From the NCBI GenBank assembly GCA_013239625.1, contig MU053792.1:470941-534940 (forward strand): a stretch of 64,000 nt of DNA. The letters are read 5' to 3'. Source of the stretch: Lama guanicoe (Eukaryota). A program made the translations under genes and the position numbers. Position 1 is the stretch's first letter, and each line of letters opens with the position of its first letter. Of this stretch, positions 1 to 12,500 are shown one piece after another. The notes below the pieces were generated by a model, which made no database searches, was not told the DNA's origin, and saw only the letters and a program-made list of their open reading frames with translations.

Positions 1-1803
1 TTTTTTGGTTTTTCTTATAAATGCTAAATTGTAGGAGGCAATTCCTGGTTGTTGATTTTTATATATTTCAAAATAAAATCTGCATTTTCCAGGGCACTGT
101 TTCAGAATAATTACATAGTTAAATTAAATATGTCCCTGCAACTAGGATATAAATTAAGCTATTTATTAACCAATAAATATTTTGAAATGTCTACTTTAAG
201 ACTTCAGAGAAATACAAAGAGATGCCAACCTTTTGTCTTCAAAGAACCCATAATTTAGTTTGGGAGAAAATGCTCACTTACATGAAAAATCAATTACTAA
301 CAATGAGTCAAACTGGAAAGCAACGCTGGTTCAGAGGGTGTCATTAGGTATCATGCAACTGTTTAATGAATAGTGAAGACAAGATTTCTGTGGTCCAGTG
401 AAGCTTCAAGGCACTTTAGCTAGACTTTGAAATTAAATTTAGAGAATTTTGTAGAGAATCCAGTCTTATGATTCAATATCAGCACATAGTAAAATAAATC
501 TGATTCCCTCCTGGGTTCATTTCAATTTAACCTGCCCTAATTGGCAATTCCAGGATACTTACCACCTGTACAGAGCATGAACAATCCCTAACCCTGACGT
601 CGTTAGCCATAACAAAGAAGAGCTATTGTGTTGAGTCACTGACCTACTTTCTCCCTTGAAACTTCAATTCAAATTAAGTGAAGCCCATCTATCAAAATCT
701 GTGATGGATAAATCAGGGGTTATAAAAATAAATACACTGTTCTTATTGAAATAGTCCCTCAGATTTCCCCTCCTTCATCCTGCTCCTGTATAAAATGGTA
801 TCTGGCAATACGGTGGAGGAGGTACCCTGAGGATTTACAGGAAAGGGGATGTCCACAGTCACAGGGCTCTTCGGGGACCTCACCACACAGGCTGCAGTAC
901 TGGAGAAGTTTGTCTTGGGTGAAAACAGAACCAGTGACTGACTAGCTGCAGCTGGTTCTCCCTGGCTCTTTTGGGGGGAGTTAAATATTATGACTGCTAC
1001 CATCTGTAGTGGTCCTGATCCTTCATTCCTGATTTTGAAGCCCAAACCTTCAACAGCTTCTCATCCTGATCGACACACCGCCTTTATGCCTGAGGACTCA
1101 GGGCAGACAGGAACTCTTTGGGTTACTGTGTAACAGCTATGGATACCCAGGACCTCTGTTCCAGGACCACCTGTTTGGATGCTTCCTATGAATGAATCTG
1201 TACCATCTTTGGAAGTGGCTGCTCTCAGGGATATCTCTCAAAACTTACAGGTCCCTCGCTAGCATCCCAAGAGAAGCATAAAATATGTCCTTGTGTTCCT
1301 GAGCTACCCATTCTTCACCAAATATTTCTAAAACATTGATCAGTTCCCAAGTAGAGAACTTGAGATTCAGACATGTGAAGGTATACTTAAATATGTTTCT
1401 TCCTTTACCGTATTTTTTACTACTCTTAAACAGCAAACTTCAAAACTACTATGGGCAAAAGGATTTCTTCTCTACACTTACAGAAGAAATTCTGTAACCT
1501 AAGCCTTTAGAATTGGTTCTTATCATTTTAAAGGAATTTGGAGAATTCCTTTGTTTCTTGTTCAAATCTAATGATAAAGCTTGATGTTTTGGCATATAAT
1601 CTTATTTTAATTGTCATATCTTACTGTCAATTCTAAATGATTTTATTACTTTAGAAATGATCGTGATTAATATACACCTCCATCTACTCACTTATGCCAA
1701 TGACTCAAGCTAGTTATAAAGTCTTGCATACAGAAATGTATGAAAGAAAAAGCAACACTTAAGAAAACAATACTCCAATTAAACTGTGGTAAAAGATAAG
1801 AAC

Positions 1804-2076
1804 TGTATCAGTCAGAGTTCTACCAAACAGAACTAGTAGGATATGTATGATTGTCATGATAAATAAGAGAGAGAGGTATTTGGCAGGCTGGAATAGAAGC
1901 AGAATTTCTTTTAACTCAGGAAAAACTTTTTGCTCTTAAAAGCCTTTCAACTGATTGTATAACCTCTCATTTACTCAATATCAACTGATCGTGGATATTA
2001 AGCAAGATCTACAAAATATCTACACAATACCTAGATTAATGTTTGATTGCAGAAATGGTTACCATAGTCTAGCAAC
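1804..2076 (-). mobile_element. MLT2 (ERVL) LTR fragment
   Basis: TGTATCAGTCAGAGTTCT...ACAGAAC start and 'gcctttcaactgattg...ctagattaatgtttga...ccatagtctagc' resemble the reverse complement of MLT2 LTRs as I recall them. Confidence 0.7.
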
Positions 2077-2414
2077 CCTTAAAGATGGAGAATTTGACTT
2101 TAGTCCCTGTCTTTCTAAACACTGTTTTCATGATACCTGGCTTTGGTTCATTTACTTTTTCTACGTTTTATTCTTATTACATTTTTCTAAACGTATTTGA
2201 GTTAGATTGAGTGGATTTCTGTTCTTGCATCCAGGAATAAAACCAAGTGCTAGAAAGAAATCTAGTTAGAAATATCAGCACTATTTATTTTCAAACATTC
2301 TACTACCTTAATAGTTAATAAGTATGTTTGGTAGTGGTGAGATGGAGAAAGAGAGAATTTTAAAACCAGGACCAATATGAGTCTGGATATAGCTGAACTG
2401 GAAAATAACAGGGA

Positions 2415-2580
2415 ACCTGACTGGAAAGGGAGATGAAGAAACTTTCTGGGTTGATGCAAAAGTTCTAAATCCTGATTGCAGTATTTATTACACAAGTTTA
2501 TGCATTTGTCAGCATATACTAAACTATTAAGGAGGATCTATGCATTTCTCTATATGTAAATAAAAATCAATAAAAAGTTA
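2415..2580 (+). mobile_element. ancient L1 (L1MC/ME-type) 3' UTR fragment
   Basis: 'gactggaaaggg...aactttctgggttgatg...tgcatttgtc...caataaaaa' is typical of old L1 3' ends. Confidence 0.6.
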
Positions 2581-4049
2581 ACATGCCTCATTTGGCTTAG
2601 TTAGCAGGTGGCAGTTGGCTAGAAAGCTATTTTCAGATGCTGAAAAGATGCCAATTCATATTGTTGTAAAAGATAAATATATTGTAAATTTATTTCCTTT
2701 GACAATCTGGATGGCTGCCACTGAGGAAAAGGGCTCAGCAAAATATCAGTTATGTGTGATGTTTTTTAACACAATGCTTATAGCAAAGTGTTATCAAAAA
2801 GAGAGACAGAGACAGAGAGGGATGAGGCTTGGGAAGAACTGACTAGTTTGAGAGCAAAAGTGAATTCTAACCAGAAGAAATAAAAAATCTAGGTCTTGCA
2901 GGTTAGAAAACTCAACTGCTTTAAGATCCCAAACTGGGAAAGGCCCACAAAGATCTTTTAGTTAAACAAGGACTTAGCTGTGGGCAGAGGTTGAAGAACG
3001 GGAGGACTGAGTAACATGGTTCAAATTATATGGTGTTAATTTCAGAAGTAAAGAAAGAAAATCAAGGAGGTGAGACCCAAATAAATAGCTCATGCTAGAT
3101 AGTTATATCTAGCCGAGAACTTGAACATGGTTGCATGTACGTGGTCCTGACCAAGGTGATTAGGTTCATTTGTACAAGAACTGTGTTGCCCAAAGAACCA
3201 TGACCCTGGCCTAAACATACCTGGACTTGCAGCATGTGGCTACAGACTATGAATTCCCCAAGGAGGATATACTCCCTCCCTAATGCCCACTACGAATATG
3301 GCCGTGGGCTACAGGAAAGAAAATGGACAAAAGGTGTCCTTCCTGGAGAAGAATGTCAGAGTCTACTCAAGTGACTTTCTCCACCACCAGGGCAGAGAGT
3401 TTATACAGTCAGGCAAGTAGGATTTTGTCTTTGCTGTGACATCCTTCCCTTTCCCAAAGGAGAGTCTCAGTGCAGTTTGCAGCCCATCCCGGCATCAGGG
3501 GAGGGCAGGCCACTTGTCTTTCCTCTGACTGTCAGAGTGGGATGGCATGCTTGATGAAGAAGATTGTAGAACACCCACAGATCCCCCATAAGGGATGAAG
3601 GCAACTTTTAGTAGCCTTGTGGCTGAGGGGATTGAGAAGCGTGGATCAATGTAAGAAACATTTTGCTATTTTTTAATATTTGTCTGGCATACTTAGTAGG
3701 CACCAGAGTCATTCAGATGGTGTAAATATAACATTCATATAGCTTGCATTCTACTCCTGGAAATCATGGAACAGCAGAAGACCATGTAACCAAATATAAT
3801 TAGTGAACTGGGGACTTGGTTTGAACTGTTACATGAATTCAGAGGAAAATAAGCCAGTGAAGGCTGGGTTTATCAGGAACTTCTGCCTGCAAGATTGAAA
3901 AGATCATGGAAGGAAAGACCATGGAAGCTTGAAATCTATCTCAATTTCAAAAGCATTCACTTAGTCGTAATCTGTTATGTATTAACAGGATAGAGGGAGT
4001 AAAAATAAATAAGTAAATATAAATTTTTTTTAAATAAGAAACGTTTCAA

Positions 4050-4400
4050 AGGTAAAGTTAACAGAGATCGATGATGCATTAAAAACAGTAGGTGAGAGAA
4101 AGAGGATAATAAAAAGGTCTTTTTGAATTTTGACATAAAAGTGTAGTTGGATAATGGTGTCATTTATTAAGTGAACAACTAGAACACAACCAGGTTTGGA
4201 GAAAATAGGTTGACATGGGTCCCGTTGGATAAGAGGTGTTTGCCGCCACCTGGAGACGTCTAATGTCTTGAATTCCGAAGAGATGTCATCCAGGAACACT
4301 CACCTAGGAATAAGCAGAATATAAATAATGACTGAGGCTTTGGACGTGAGTTAGCCTAGGAAGAGACTACAGAATAAAAACAGAAGAAAGCCTAGGTCAA
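4050..4400 (-). mobile_element. L2 fragment
   Basis: 'atggtgtcatttattaag...caggtttgg...gaggtgtttg...ggagacgtc' resembles the antisense L2 3' region. Confidence 0.5.
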
Positions 4401-4514
4401 CGGAAGGGGCAGCTCATGAAATAGTTACGTCTAATGCAAGGTCTGTGGCACTTAGGTCAAGTTCAAATTGAATTCCAAAACATATGCCATATTATACAAC
4501 TCTGAAAGAAATAT

Positions 4515-4730
4515 GCTGCAGTGATAAGATTTTTAGCTCAAGTTAAAATATTTTTGGTTACTTAATAACTGTTGACCTCAGGCTAATTGCATAACCGGTC
4601 TGGGTTCCAGTTTTTCCGTGGGAAAATTGAGGATAAGACTGAATTGAAGAACTATCGTGTAGGGTTATACTTTTTTTTTAATGGTAAAACATTTGATATG
4701 TATCATGAGTTCAAAACAAAGGTAGCTCCT
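4515..4730 (+). mobile_element. MIR SINE
   Basis: Degenerate MIR core 'acttaataactgttgacctcaggctaattgcataacc...cagtttttcc..ggaaaattgagg'. Confidence 0.5.
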
Positions 4731-6558
4731 GTATTATTAATTCTGTGACCCTAGAAATACTGGGGGAAAAAGTACCTGTTTAAAATTATAAATGTGAATC
4801 CTTTTTTTAAAAAGGTAATTATTATTATGTACGAGAGTGATTAAAAATCTTTAAAAATATTATTCCACATCCAATGCTTATAATCACCATAGATTGAAAG
4901 AATATTTTAAAATTTAATTGAATAAAGAGTATTATTTTTTTAATTTCAGAGATATAAAGAAAGAAATCTCATGACTGCTGTTGCAACAATAGGAGAAATA
5001 TAATATTAAGCTGACTCTTTTTTCAGTAGTTATCAATGTCATTTTCCTGTCACATTATTTCCAAGATAAGAGAAAATTAGTGACTGTTGGCTGCAGTTTC
5101 TCTGAAACATTTCATTAATGTGGTTCATGTTATTTGTACATTTAATCATTTTCTTTTTTTTTTCCTCTTTTGAAGAAGAGAAATTAATCTGTTGGCTGGG
5201 AAAAGAATTAAAAGATACCAAATATCCACAAGGAGAAATTGTTTTTGTGTTTCCTTTTAATATCGTTATTATATTGCCATGTTAGAAAATACTTTTTGAG
5301 GGTGTAAAATGTCTTTTACTCTATTACAAAGTTTCAACCTTTAAAAAGATCTCTGTCCCACAAAGTCCTCTACATCAATGGATGCCTAATAAAAATTGTT
5401 GATTAAAACCAGGAAAGAACATTTAAAAGCACTGTCTGTAAGACATTTGATCACTTTCTTTTCTATGAAGTATTTTATTTATGCTACATCGACATGTTTC
5501 TATGTATGAAATTTAATTTTGCAGAATTTCCCTGAGGTGGCCTGTGGTGTGGAGGAAAGGAAGAGAGTCAGGCTGGGAATAGACTTAAGAAGATGTAGTT
5601 TGCTTTCCACTGACAGAGAACAATATAATTAAAATTAACAACTGCTGTGTTATTACCGTCAGAGCAGGGTCAAGGAAAGGGGGAAGCTACGGGGAGCAAA
5701 ACTTAAGGAAACCTGTGAAATCAAAGGCACTAATTAGTCTTTCGAACAAGAAGGTGCAATCACTGCTTTGTGACTAACCGGAGAAGATGCAAGAGGACTT
5801 GCTGTTGCTAGCAGCTTCACAAAGAGTCGCTCTTCCTGCAAAGCAGTGACTTCAAGCATGTCTGTGTGCTTAGCTCCGAACTGTGTTTCATTAGTTTCAC
5901 TGAAACAGCCAAGGGTTTTCAATCTGATTCTGCTACTCAGCACTCCCCCATTTCTAGGCTGGCTACTAAGAGCATGGATTACTTTTTTTTTTTTTTTCTT
6001 TGCCAACAGTAGGAAAACAGTTCTACATGTATCTCATCTTTGTCAGGGAGTAGTCACTATATAAGTGGCATTTAGAACTCTTCAGGGGTGTCAGTTACTC
6101 ATTTTATATCCTTTAATGGACACATGTGTTCACAAATACTTGCTTTTTCAGTTAATGTGTTTTCTCCCCAGATTTGTTTACCAAAATTGGGAAGATTGAA
6201 TTTATCTCCCATTTGCATTCATATAGGAAAAAAAATAGGTTAGAATAGTCCTAGTTTTTACATGGTTTTAATATAGTTATGCTTTTTTTGTTCCATTTAG
6301 ATTTGTTAGCTCTTGCCCTAATTTTACCATGAAGATTGGAGCACTTTCCTCTTACCCTTTGTTTCAGGTTTTTATTGTCATTTTCATTTCCTCCTTTCAA
6401 ATTCAAAATTCTGTTTAATCTGCGCTTGCTTGTCCGATTTAGGCATCCACTTTTTGCTACTTTGTTTACTGTGGTGCTGATATGAGCATAACTGGTTAAA
6501 AGCAGTTAGACCATTCATTCACACTTCTCTTCAGTGACATCAGTGTATGAAGGAGATT

Positions 6559-6632
6559 TGACTCATAAGGCTGAAACCAACCTTTCACTTCTCTGTTCTC
6601 AATTTCCCACTCTCTCACCACAGGGAATTCCT
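6559..6632. promoter_or_regulatory. candidate inducible enhancer: AP-1 + IRF/PRDI + NF-kB-like motifs
   Basis: TGACTCA at 6559-6565. CTTTCACTTCTC at 6582-6593 (reverse complement GAGAAGTGAAAG). AATTTCCCAC at 6601-6610 (rc GTGGGAAATT). GGGAATTCC at 6623-6631. Motif evidence only. Confidence 0.35.
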
Positions 6633-9600
6633 CCAGTGTTCATCAAGGCTGGCTGAACCCAGCTGTCTGTGCTGAGTTTCCAGAGTGACTTGGGCACTGG
6701 GGACAATCTGCCTCATTTATCAGCACCTGACTTTTTGGCCCAAAGAACAAAATCTAGTAAAGAGTACTTACAAAAGTCTCAGTATTTCACTCAATTTTTG
6801 TGTAAAAAAAACCTTCTTCTTGGAAAAGATAGTTTTTCCCTTAGTCCAGCATATTATATACTGACAACATTTCTTTTTGGAAAGAATGGGCATGGAATTT
6901 AATTGAAAAAAACTAATCAAAAACAAAACAAAACCCCTAAATGATCCAAATGGGAGTAGACATAGGGCTAAATAAGCAAATTATTCAATTTCAACAGCAT
7001 TTAGTTCTCAAGCCAAGTTTTCTACTAGCATTAAATGATTTAATAGATTTCAGATATTGTTGCTGTAAACAAGTGACAGCTACTTTCTTTATTATTAAAG
7101 GGGTAAGACATAGATGAAGTAGGCTGAAGTGAAGATGGCACCGTGGTTGTATCCAGAACTCATCCATAGTAATTACTACTTAGAAGCTCCAAGGTAGACA
7201 TAGCGAGACAGAATTCAAGTGCACAAGAGAGGAGCACTGAACTAGCAGGAAATAGATACAGCCGAGGCCGTGGCAGAGTCCCGGGTCAGAGCCGGAGTGA
7301 AACAGCAGATCTCAAATGAAGGACAGAAAGCCCAGTGTGTACGATGGCAGAGCGTAGGCCTGAATGACTACATCAATCACCAGAAATGTAATGAGGTAGC
7401 AGAAGCTGAGGTCCCCTGGAAGGGAAGCCAGACAGTACTTGATTCTCACAGACATCGCTCTGTCTCAGAGTTCACTATTGAACGCTAAGTTTCAGCCTTA
7501 CCGACAAACAGTTGAAACTTTGAGATTCTCCTGAATTAATTAGCCTGAAGACTCAGCAATGACCAAGTTAATTTCCACCCCTGCGTGTCCATATGTATGT
7601 ATTATTGAATAGTACTTTTTAAAAAAAGTCTGTTAGGTATTTATTTTTCTAATACCCTACCGCTAGAGTGGAATCAGAAAAGCATCTTTTCTATTGTGTT
7701 CATGGCTACATCCCCAGCAGATGGCTTAAGACTGACATGTATCTGTTGCTTTATAAATCATTGTGAATGGGTCAGTGAATGGCTGTCTTTCTTTTACATT
7801 AATACTCCATTCATAAAATTATGAATTATGTCTCTTAACATTCTTTTCCACACAGTTTCAATCTCTGTTTTATTACATATGAAAACTGAACATCCTTACC
7901 ACAGATAAATTAGCACTGCTCAGCAGAAACAGAAGTCAGTGCCAAATACTATTTTTCTGCTGGAAACAGATCAAAAATTCTAGCAGCTTATGAAGATGAA
8001 ATAGTGGCATATGGTGTGATTGGATTGAAGAGGACAGAAGTATAAATTCACAACCTCATCTCTTTAAAAAAAACAAAGAAAACAATATTTTGAAAAGAAA
8101 TGTTTCTACCATAAGACATCATGAATGCATAATACTGACAATGTTTATTAGTTGGTAATACAATTTCTAAAAATTTCTATAAATCATGAAGCCTATACAT
8201 TCTTTGTAATTTCTAGAGTATTATATATTTGGAAATCTGTTGCATAATGAGCAAATAATAAATATTACAGACATGAGATTTAGTACTTTTCTTTGTTTTG
8301 GTTCCATATTAGCTTATAAAGTAGAGAACTTCTTAAAGATATCTTATAGCGGCTGCTGCCTATGTCAGGGCAGACTCCCAAACCTGGCTTCAAGATTGAA
8401 GCCAAACTCGTCTAGTGGTAGGTTGTCAAGGGGTTAGGTCGCATGATACAAAACATGGTGAAGGAATCACTGTGTCGCCAGCAAGGGTGAAAAGAGCAAT
8501 TCATTTACTAGGGGCAGAGAGTGGGCGGTCCCCATAGATGGGTTCTACAATCCAACTGAGACAGTTTTGATGGAACTCAAAAATTTCCCATAAAACACTC
8601 CACTGTTTACACTTGGAGTTTTATAATCAATAAATAACTCTCCTATTTTCTTGGCAAATGTAGAAATAATGGAGCGCTAGATGCAGGTGCCACACAAAAG
8701 GACCATCTCATCTCCTACATGCTTCTTACAAAGTATGATTTTTAAGTGATCATGAAAATTTATGTCTTTAGTGTTCACTTTATATGAAAAATAACTTTGC
8801 TTGCTGACCATGTAACATACTTAACTTTGAAGACTCAGCCAACAGAAAATAAACAATATCTACATGCTACTCCAGCGGTGCTCCTGGAGACCAGGTTGTG
8901 CACTACAAGAAGAAATGATCTCAAAAATTCTTCACCCCAATTTAAAAGTAGCAAGCGTAATTTCTACTGTTTGATGTAAGCATAAAAATCCAGTCTCACT
9001 TCTATGCTTAAGACTTGAAGGGTAGTTCAATAAAGCTGGTCAGGAGTCAACCTGAGAAGCAGCTCAGGCTGGAGACGACCAGCTAAAGTTTAAGGGCTGC
9101 TGCAGGTCACAAACAGCCAGAGATCTGGACCTCAAGTCCTTGAAACTTGAGATGACAGCAATTTCAGTTCTGACTAAATTAGAGAAAGCCGAAAATATGA
9201 GAAGTAGGAATTTAGAACGAGAAGGCAAAAATGGGTCAAGGAGGGTAAATGTCAGTAAATGTAAAATTCCCAAGCAGACTAAAGTCCCAGGTGTGACTGA
9301 CTCTAGATCTAGATTATTTTTGCTTTGAGTATTTTAATATATACTGTCAAGCATGGGAGTCCATGATTCATGAATAATAATAAGGAAATTGTTATAAAGG
9401 AAAAGTCAGAAATCCCTCAGAAACTGTCTAACCAAACTCCTCTCTTTAAACAGCCAACAGACATACAGGCACACCTGTGGCATATAGCTCCATTTTTTTT
9501 CCCTTAAATAAGTGGAATATTCAATTTTAATATCTGTGTTTCTTTTCTCAGTGTGTTTCATTGGCTTTGTGGTCTCTAGATTGCTCTACTTTTAATTCAT

Positions 9601-9659
9601 TTTTTGATGTCAGATTTGAAAATTGGATCCAGTTTCCATAGACTTAGTCCTTGATTGCT

Positions 9660-10103
9660 ATGGTAGTTTGCTAGAATTCCTATAATGAGATCTCACAAAA
9701 CTGAGTCGCTTAAGTAACAGAAATGTATTGTCTCGCAGGTCTGTAGGCTAGAAGTTTGAGATCAAGGCGTTGGCAGAGTTGGTTCCATCAGAGGGATGGA
9801 TGTAAGGGAGAATGTGTTCCAGGCTTTTCTCCTAGCAATCTTTGGCATTCCTTGAACTGTATATGTAACAACTTATTTCTGATTCATGTTTACATGGAGT
9901 TCTCCTGTGTGTGCATCTGTGTACAAATTTCACCTTTTTATGAAGACACCAGTCCTTTTGGGTTAGAGGTCTATTCCACTTCTGTATGACCTCATCTTAA
10001 CTAATTGTATCTGCAAAAACTCTATTTCCAAATAAGGTCACATCCTGAGGAGCTGGGAGGTACTTCAACGTATGACTTTTGGAGTATCAGAATCAAGCCA
10101 TGG
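9660..10103 (-). mobile_element. MLT1 (MaLR) solo LTR
   Basis: 'cagaaatgtattgtctcgcag..ctgtaggctagaagtttgagatcaagg...tgacctcatcttaactaatt..tctgcaaaaactctatttccaaataaggtcacatcctgagg' is a classic MLT1A-C signature. Confidence 0.85.
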
Positions 10104-10177
10104 CAATGCTTCTGATCATATATGGCTTGTTTGTCAATCTTGTTTTAGACCCATTCATTCGAAGAGCTGATTGTGAC

Positions 10178-10960
10178 TGGTGCAGTCACCATTAAAAATA
10201 GTATGGAATTTCCTCAAAAAAATAAACAAATAAAACTACCATATGGTCTAGCAATCCCTCTTCTAGATATATTTCTGAAGGCATTAAAATCCCTGTCTCC
10301 AAGAGACACCATGTTTGCACCCCCATGTTTGCTGCAGTGTTATTCACAATAGCTGGACATAGAAATGGCCTAAGTGTACACTGATGGATGAATGCATAAA
10401 TAAAATGTGGTATATATTTACAATGGAAAACCATTTAGGCATAAAAATGAAGGAAATCCTGCTATTTGGGATGACATGGATGGACCCTGGGGACAACATA
10501 CCAAGTGAAATACATCAGAGAAAGACAAGAAAAACTGTATGATCTTGTCGTATGCAGAAAGTTAAAAAAAAAACAAACTCATAAAAACAGTGCAGAATGG
10601 TGCTTGTCAAGCACTAGAAGGTGGGGAAAATGAGGAGAGGTTGATCAAAGGGTACAAACTTCCTGTTTTAAGATGAATAAATTCTGGGAATTCAATGCGC
10701 AGCATGTATAGTTAACAATACTGATTTGTATATTTAAAAGTTATTAAAAGAGTAGATCTTAAGTGTTCTCACACACATGCAAACACCCATACACAAATGT
10801 ATCTATGTGAGGTAATAGATATGTTAACTAAACTTATGTTGGTGATCACTTCACAATATTTATATATATCAACCTATACCATGCTGTACATCTTAAACAT
10901 ATATATTGCTACAGGTTAAGTATATCTCAATAAAGCTGAAGATTTAAAACAAATAAATAA
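10178..10960 (+). mobile_element. L1 3' end (L1MA9-like)
   Basis: ORF2 tail followed by 3' UTR 'gggtacaaacttcc...aagagtagatcttaagtgttctc...tatatctcaataaagctg' and an A-rich tail. Confidence 0.85.
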
Positions 10961-11459
10961 ACCAAGAAAATATTAATTGTGAAGTCGAATGGAGAACATT
11001 GAATGACCTGGATAAGAGCAATAAAAGTGATCATAGTTGTGTTATAACCAGTTACACGTTCATTTCTTTAAAAATAGTACTTTATACTCACTATTCCCAT
11101 TCTCTTACCACCTACTGACCCTTTACCTTTTTTTCCCTGGCTTTATACTTAGCATTCTCACACTAGTGGTTACTTGAAGACAGCCTTTATGTGACTAAAA
11201 TCTCCAGATTGAAATTTTCACTCTTGATCTCAGTTTCCTCTAATTCTTTGCAATCATTTTCATTAAAGGCTCATTCAGACTATTTCTGCTCCAGGATTTT
11301 ATTACATCCAATTTCCTGTCTCTTTCTTTATTTCTCCGACCACATACTTTTTATTGTACTGTCTACTTCGCCATCTCTCTTCTGTTTATGTAAATATTTG
11401 TTGAATAATTGAATGGATAGATAAATGGATGGATGGGCAGATGAATAGATAAATAAATT

Positions 11460-11679
11460 TAAGATACATTCACCCCAATGTTCATAGCAGCACTATTTAC
11501 AGTAGCCAAGACATGGAAGCAACCTAAATGTCCATCGATAGATGCTTGGATAAAGAAGTTGTGGTGTGTGTGTAGATATATATATATATATATCTACACA
11601 CACACATATATGCACATGTATACACACTACATATGAGAAGGCAGAAATGGGTCAAGGAAGGTAGATGTCTATATATATA

Positions 11680-11710
<31 letters not shown>

Positions 11711-12185
11711 ATATATATGCACACAATGAAAAGCTATTCAGTTATAAAAAATAATAAAATAATGCCATTTGCAGCAACATAGACGGACCTGGAGAATGTC
11801 ATTCTAAGTAGAGTAAGCCAGAAAGAGAAAGAAAACTACCATGTATCATTTATGTGAGGTGTTTGAAAAAAATGACACAAATGTAGTTATTTACAAAACA
11901 GAAACAGATTCACAGACATAGAGAATAAACTTATGGTACCAGGGTGCTGGGGGTGGAGGGATAAATTGAAAGTTTGGGATTTGCATATACTAAGTATTTT
12001 ACATAAAATACATAAATAACTGGGTCTTATTGAATGGCATGGGGAACTATATTCAGTATCTTGTAATAGCCTATAATGAAAAATAATATGAAAGGAATAT
12101 ATATATATATATTTATAACTGAATCACTATGCTGTACACCAGAAATCAACACATTGTTAATCGACTATAATTCAACAAAAAATTA
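11460..12185 (+). mobile_element. lineage-specific L1 3' end (5'-truncated)
   Basis: 'aagatacattcaccccaatgttcatagcagcactatttac...gaatcactatgctgtacaccagaaa...cgactata' is closely similar to the L1 3' end at 44350-44950. Confidence 0.9.
11565..11725. repeat. compound (TG)n/(TA)n/(CA)n microsatellite inside L1, split by a 35 bp unique insert
   Basis: Directly visible dinucleotide runs. Confidence 0.9.
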
Positions 12186-12261
12186 TTTTTTTATGTTAAA
12201 GAGTACTGGAAAGGTAGTGTAAAGTTTTAGCTCAGAAAATTTCATAGCTGGAATATATTTC

Positions 12262-12500
12262 CTTTTTAAAATAAATATTGCATATATGATAAGGTGAACA
12301 TGATTATATGATGTATACATAATGAAATGATTACTATACTCAAGCTAATTACGATATGATTCCCTCATAGAGTTAACATTTTGTGTGTCTGTGAGGAAAA
12401 CACCTGAATGTATTCAACTTTTTAGGTTTGACATCTAAGAGAGATCATACAGTTGTGTTTTGATTTTTGTATTTGGCTGATTTCACTTAGCACATTTCTT
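12262..12500 (-). mobile_element. L1 3' UTR fragment (L1MA-type)
   Basis: 'aaggtgaacatgatt...aatgattacta..caagctaatt...tggctgatttcacttagca'. Confidence 0.65.

Noticed and set aside
7180..9260. Possible ancient LTR fragments (7180-7500, 8350-8600, 9030-9260)
   Set aside because: LTR-like in composition, but I could not assign a family or boundaries with confidence.
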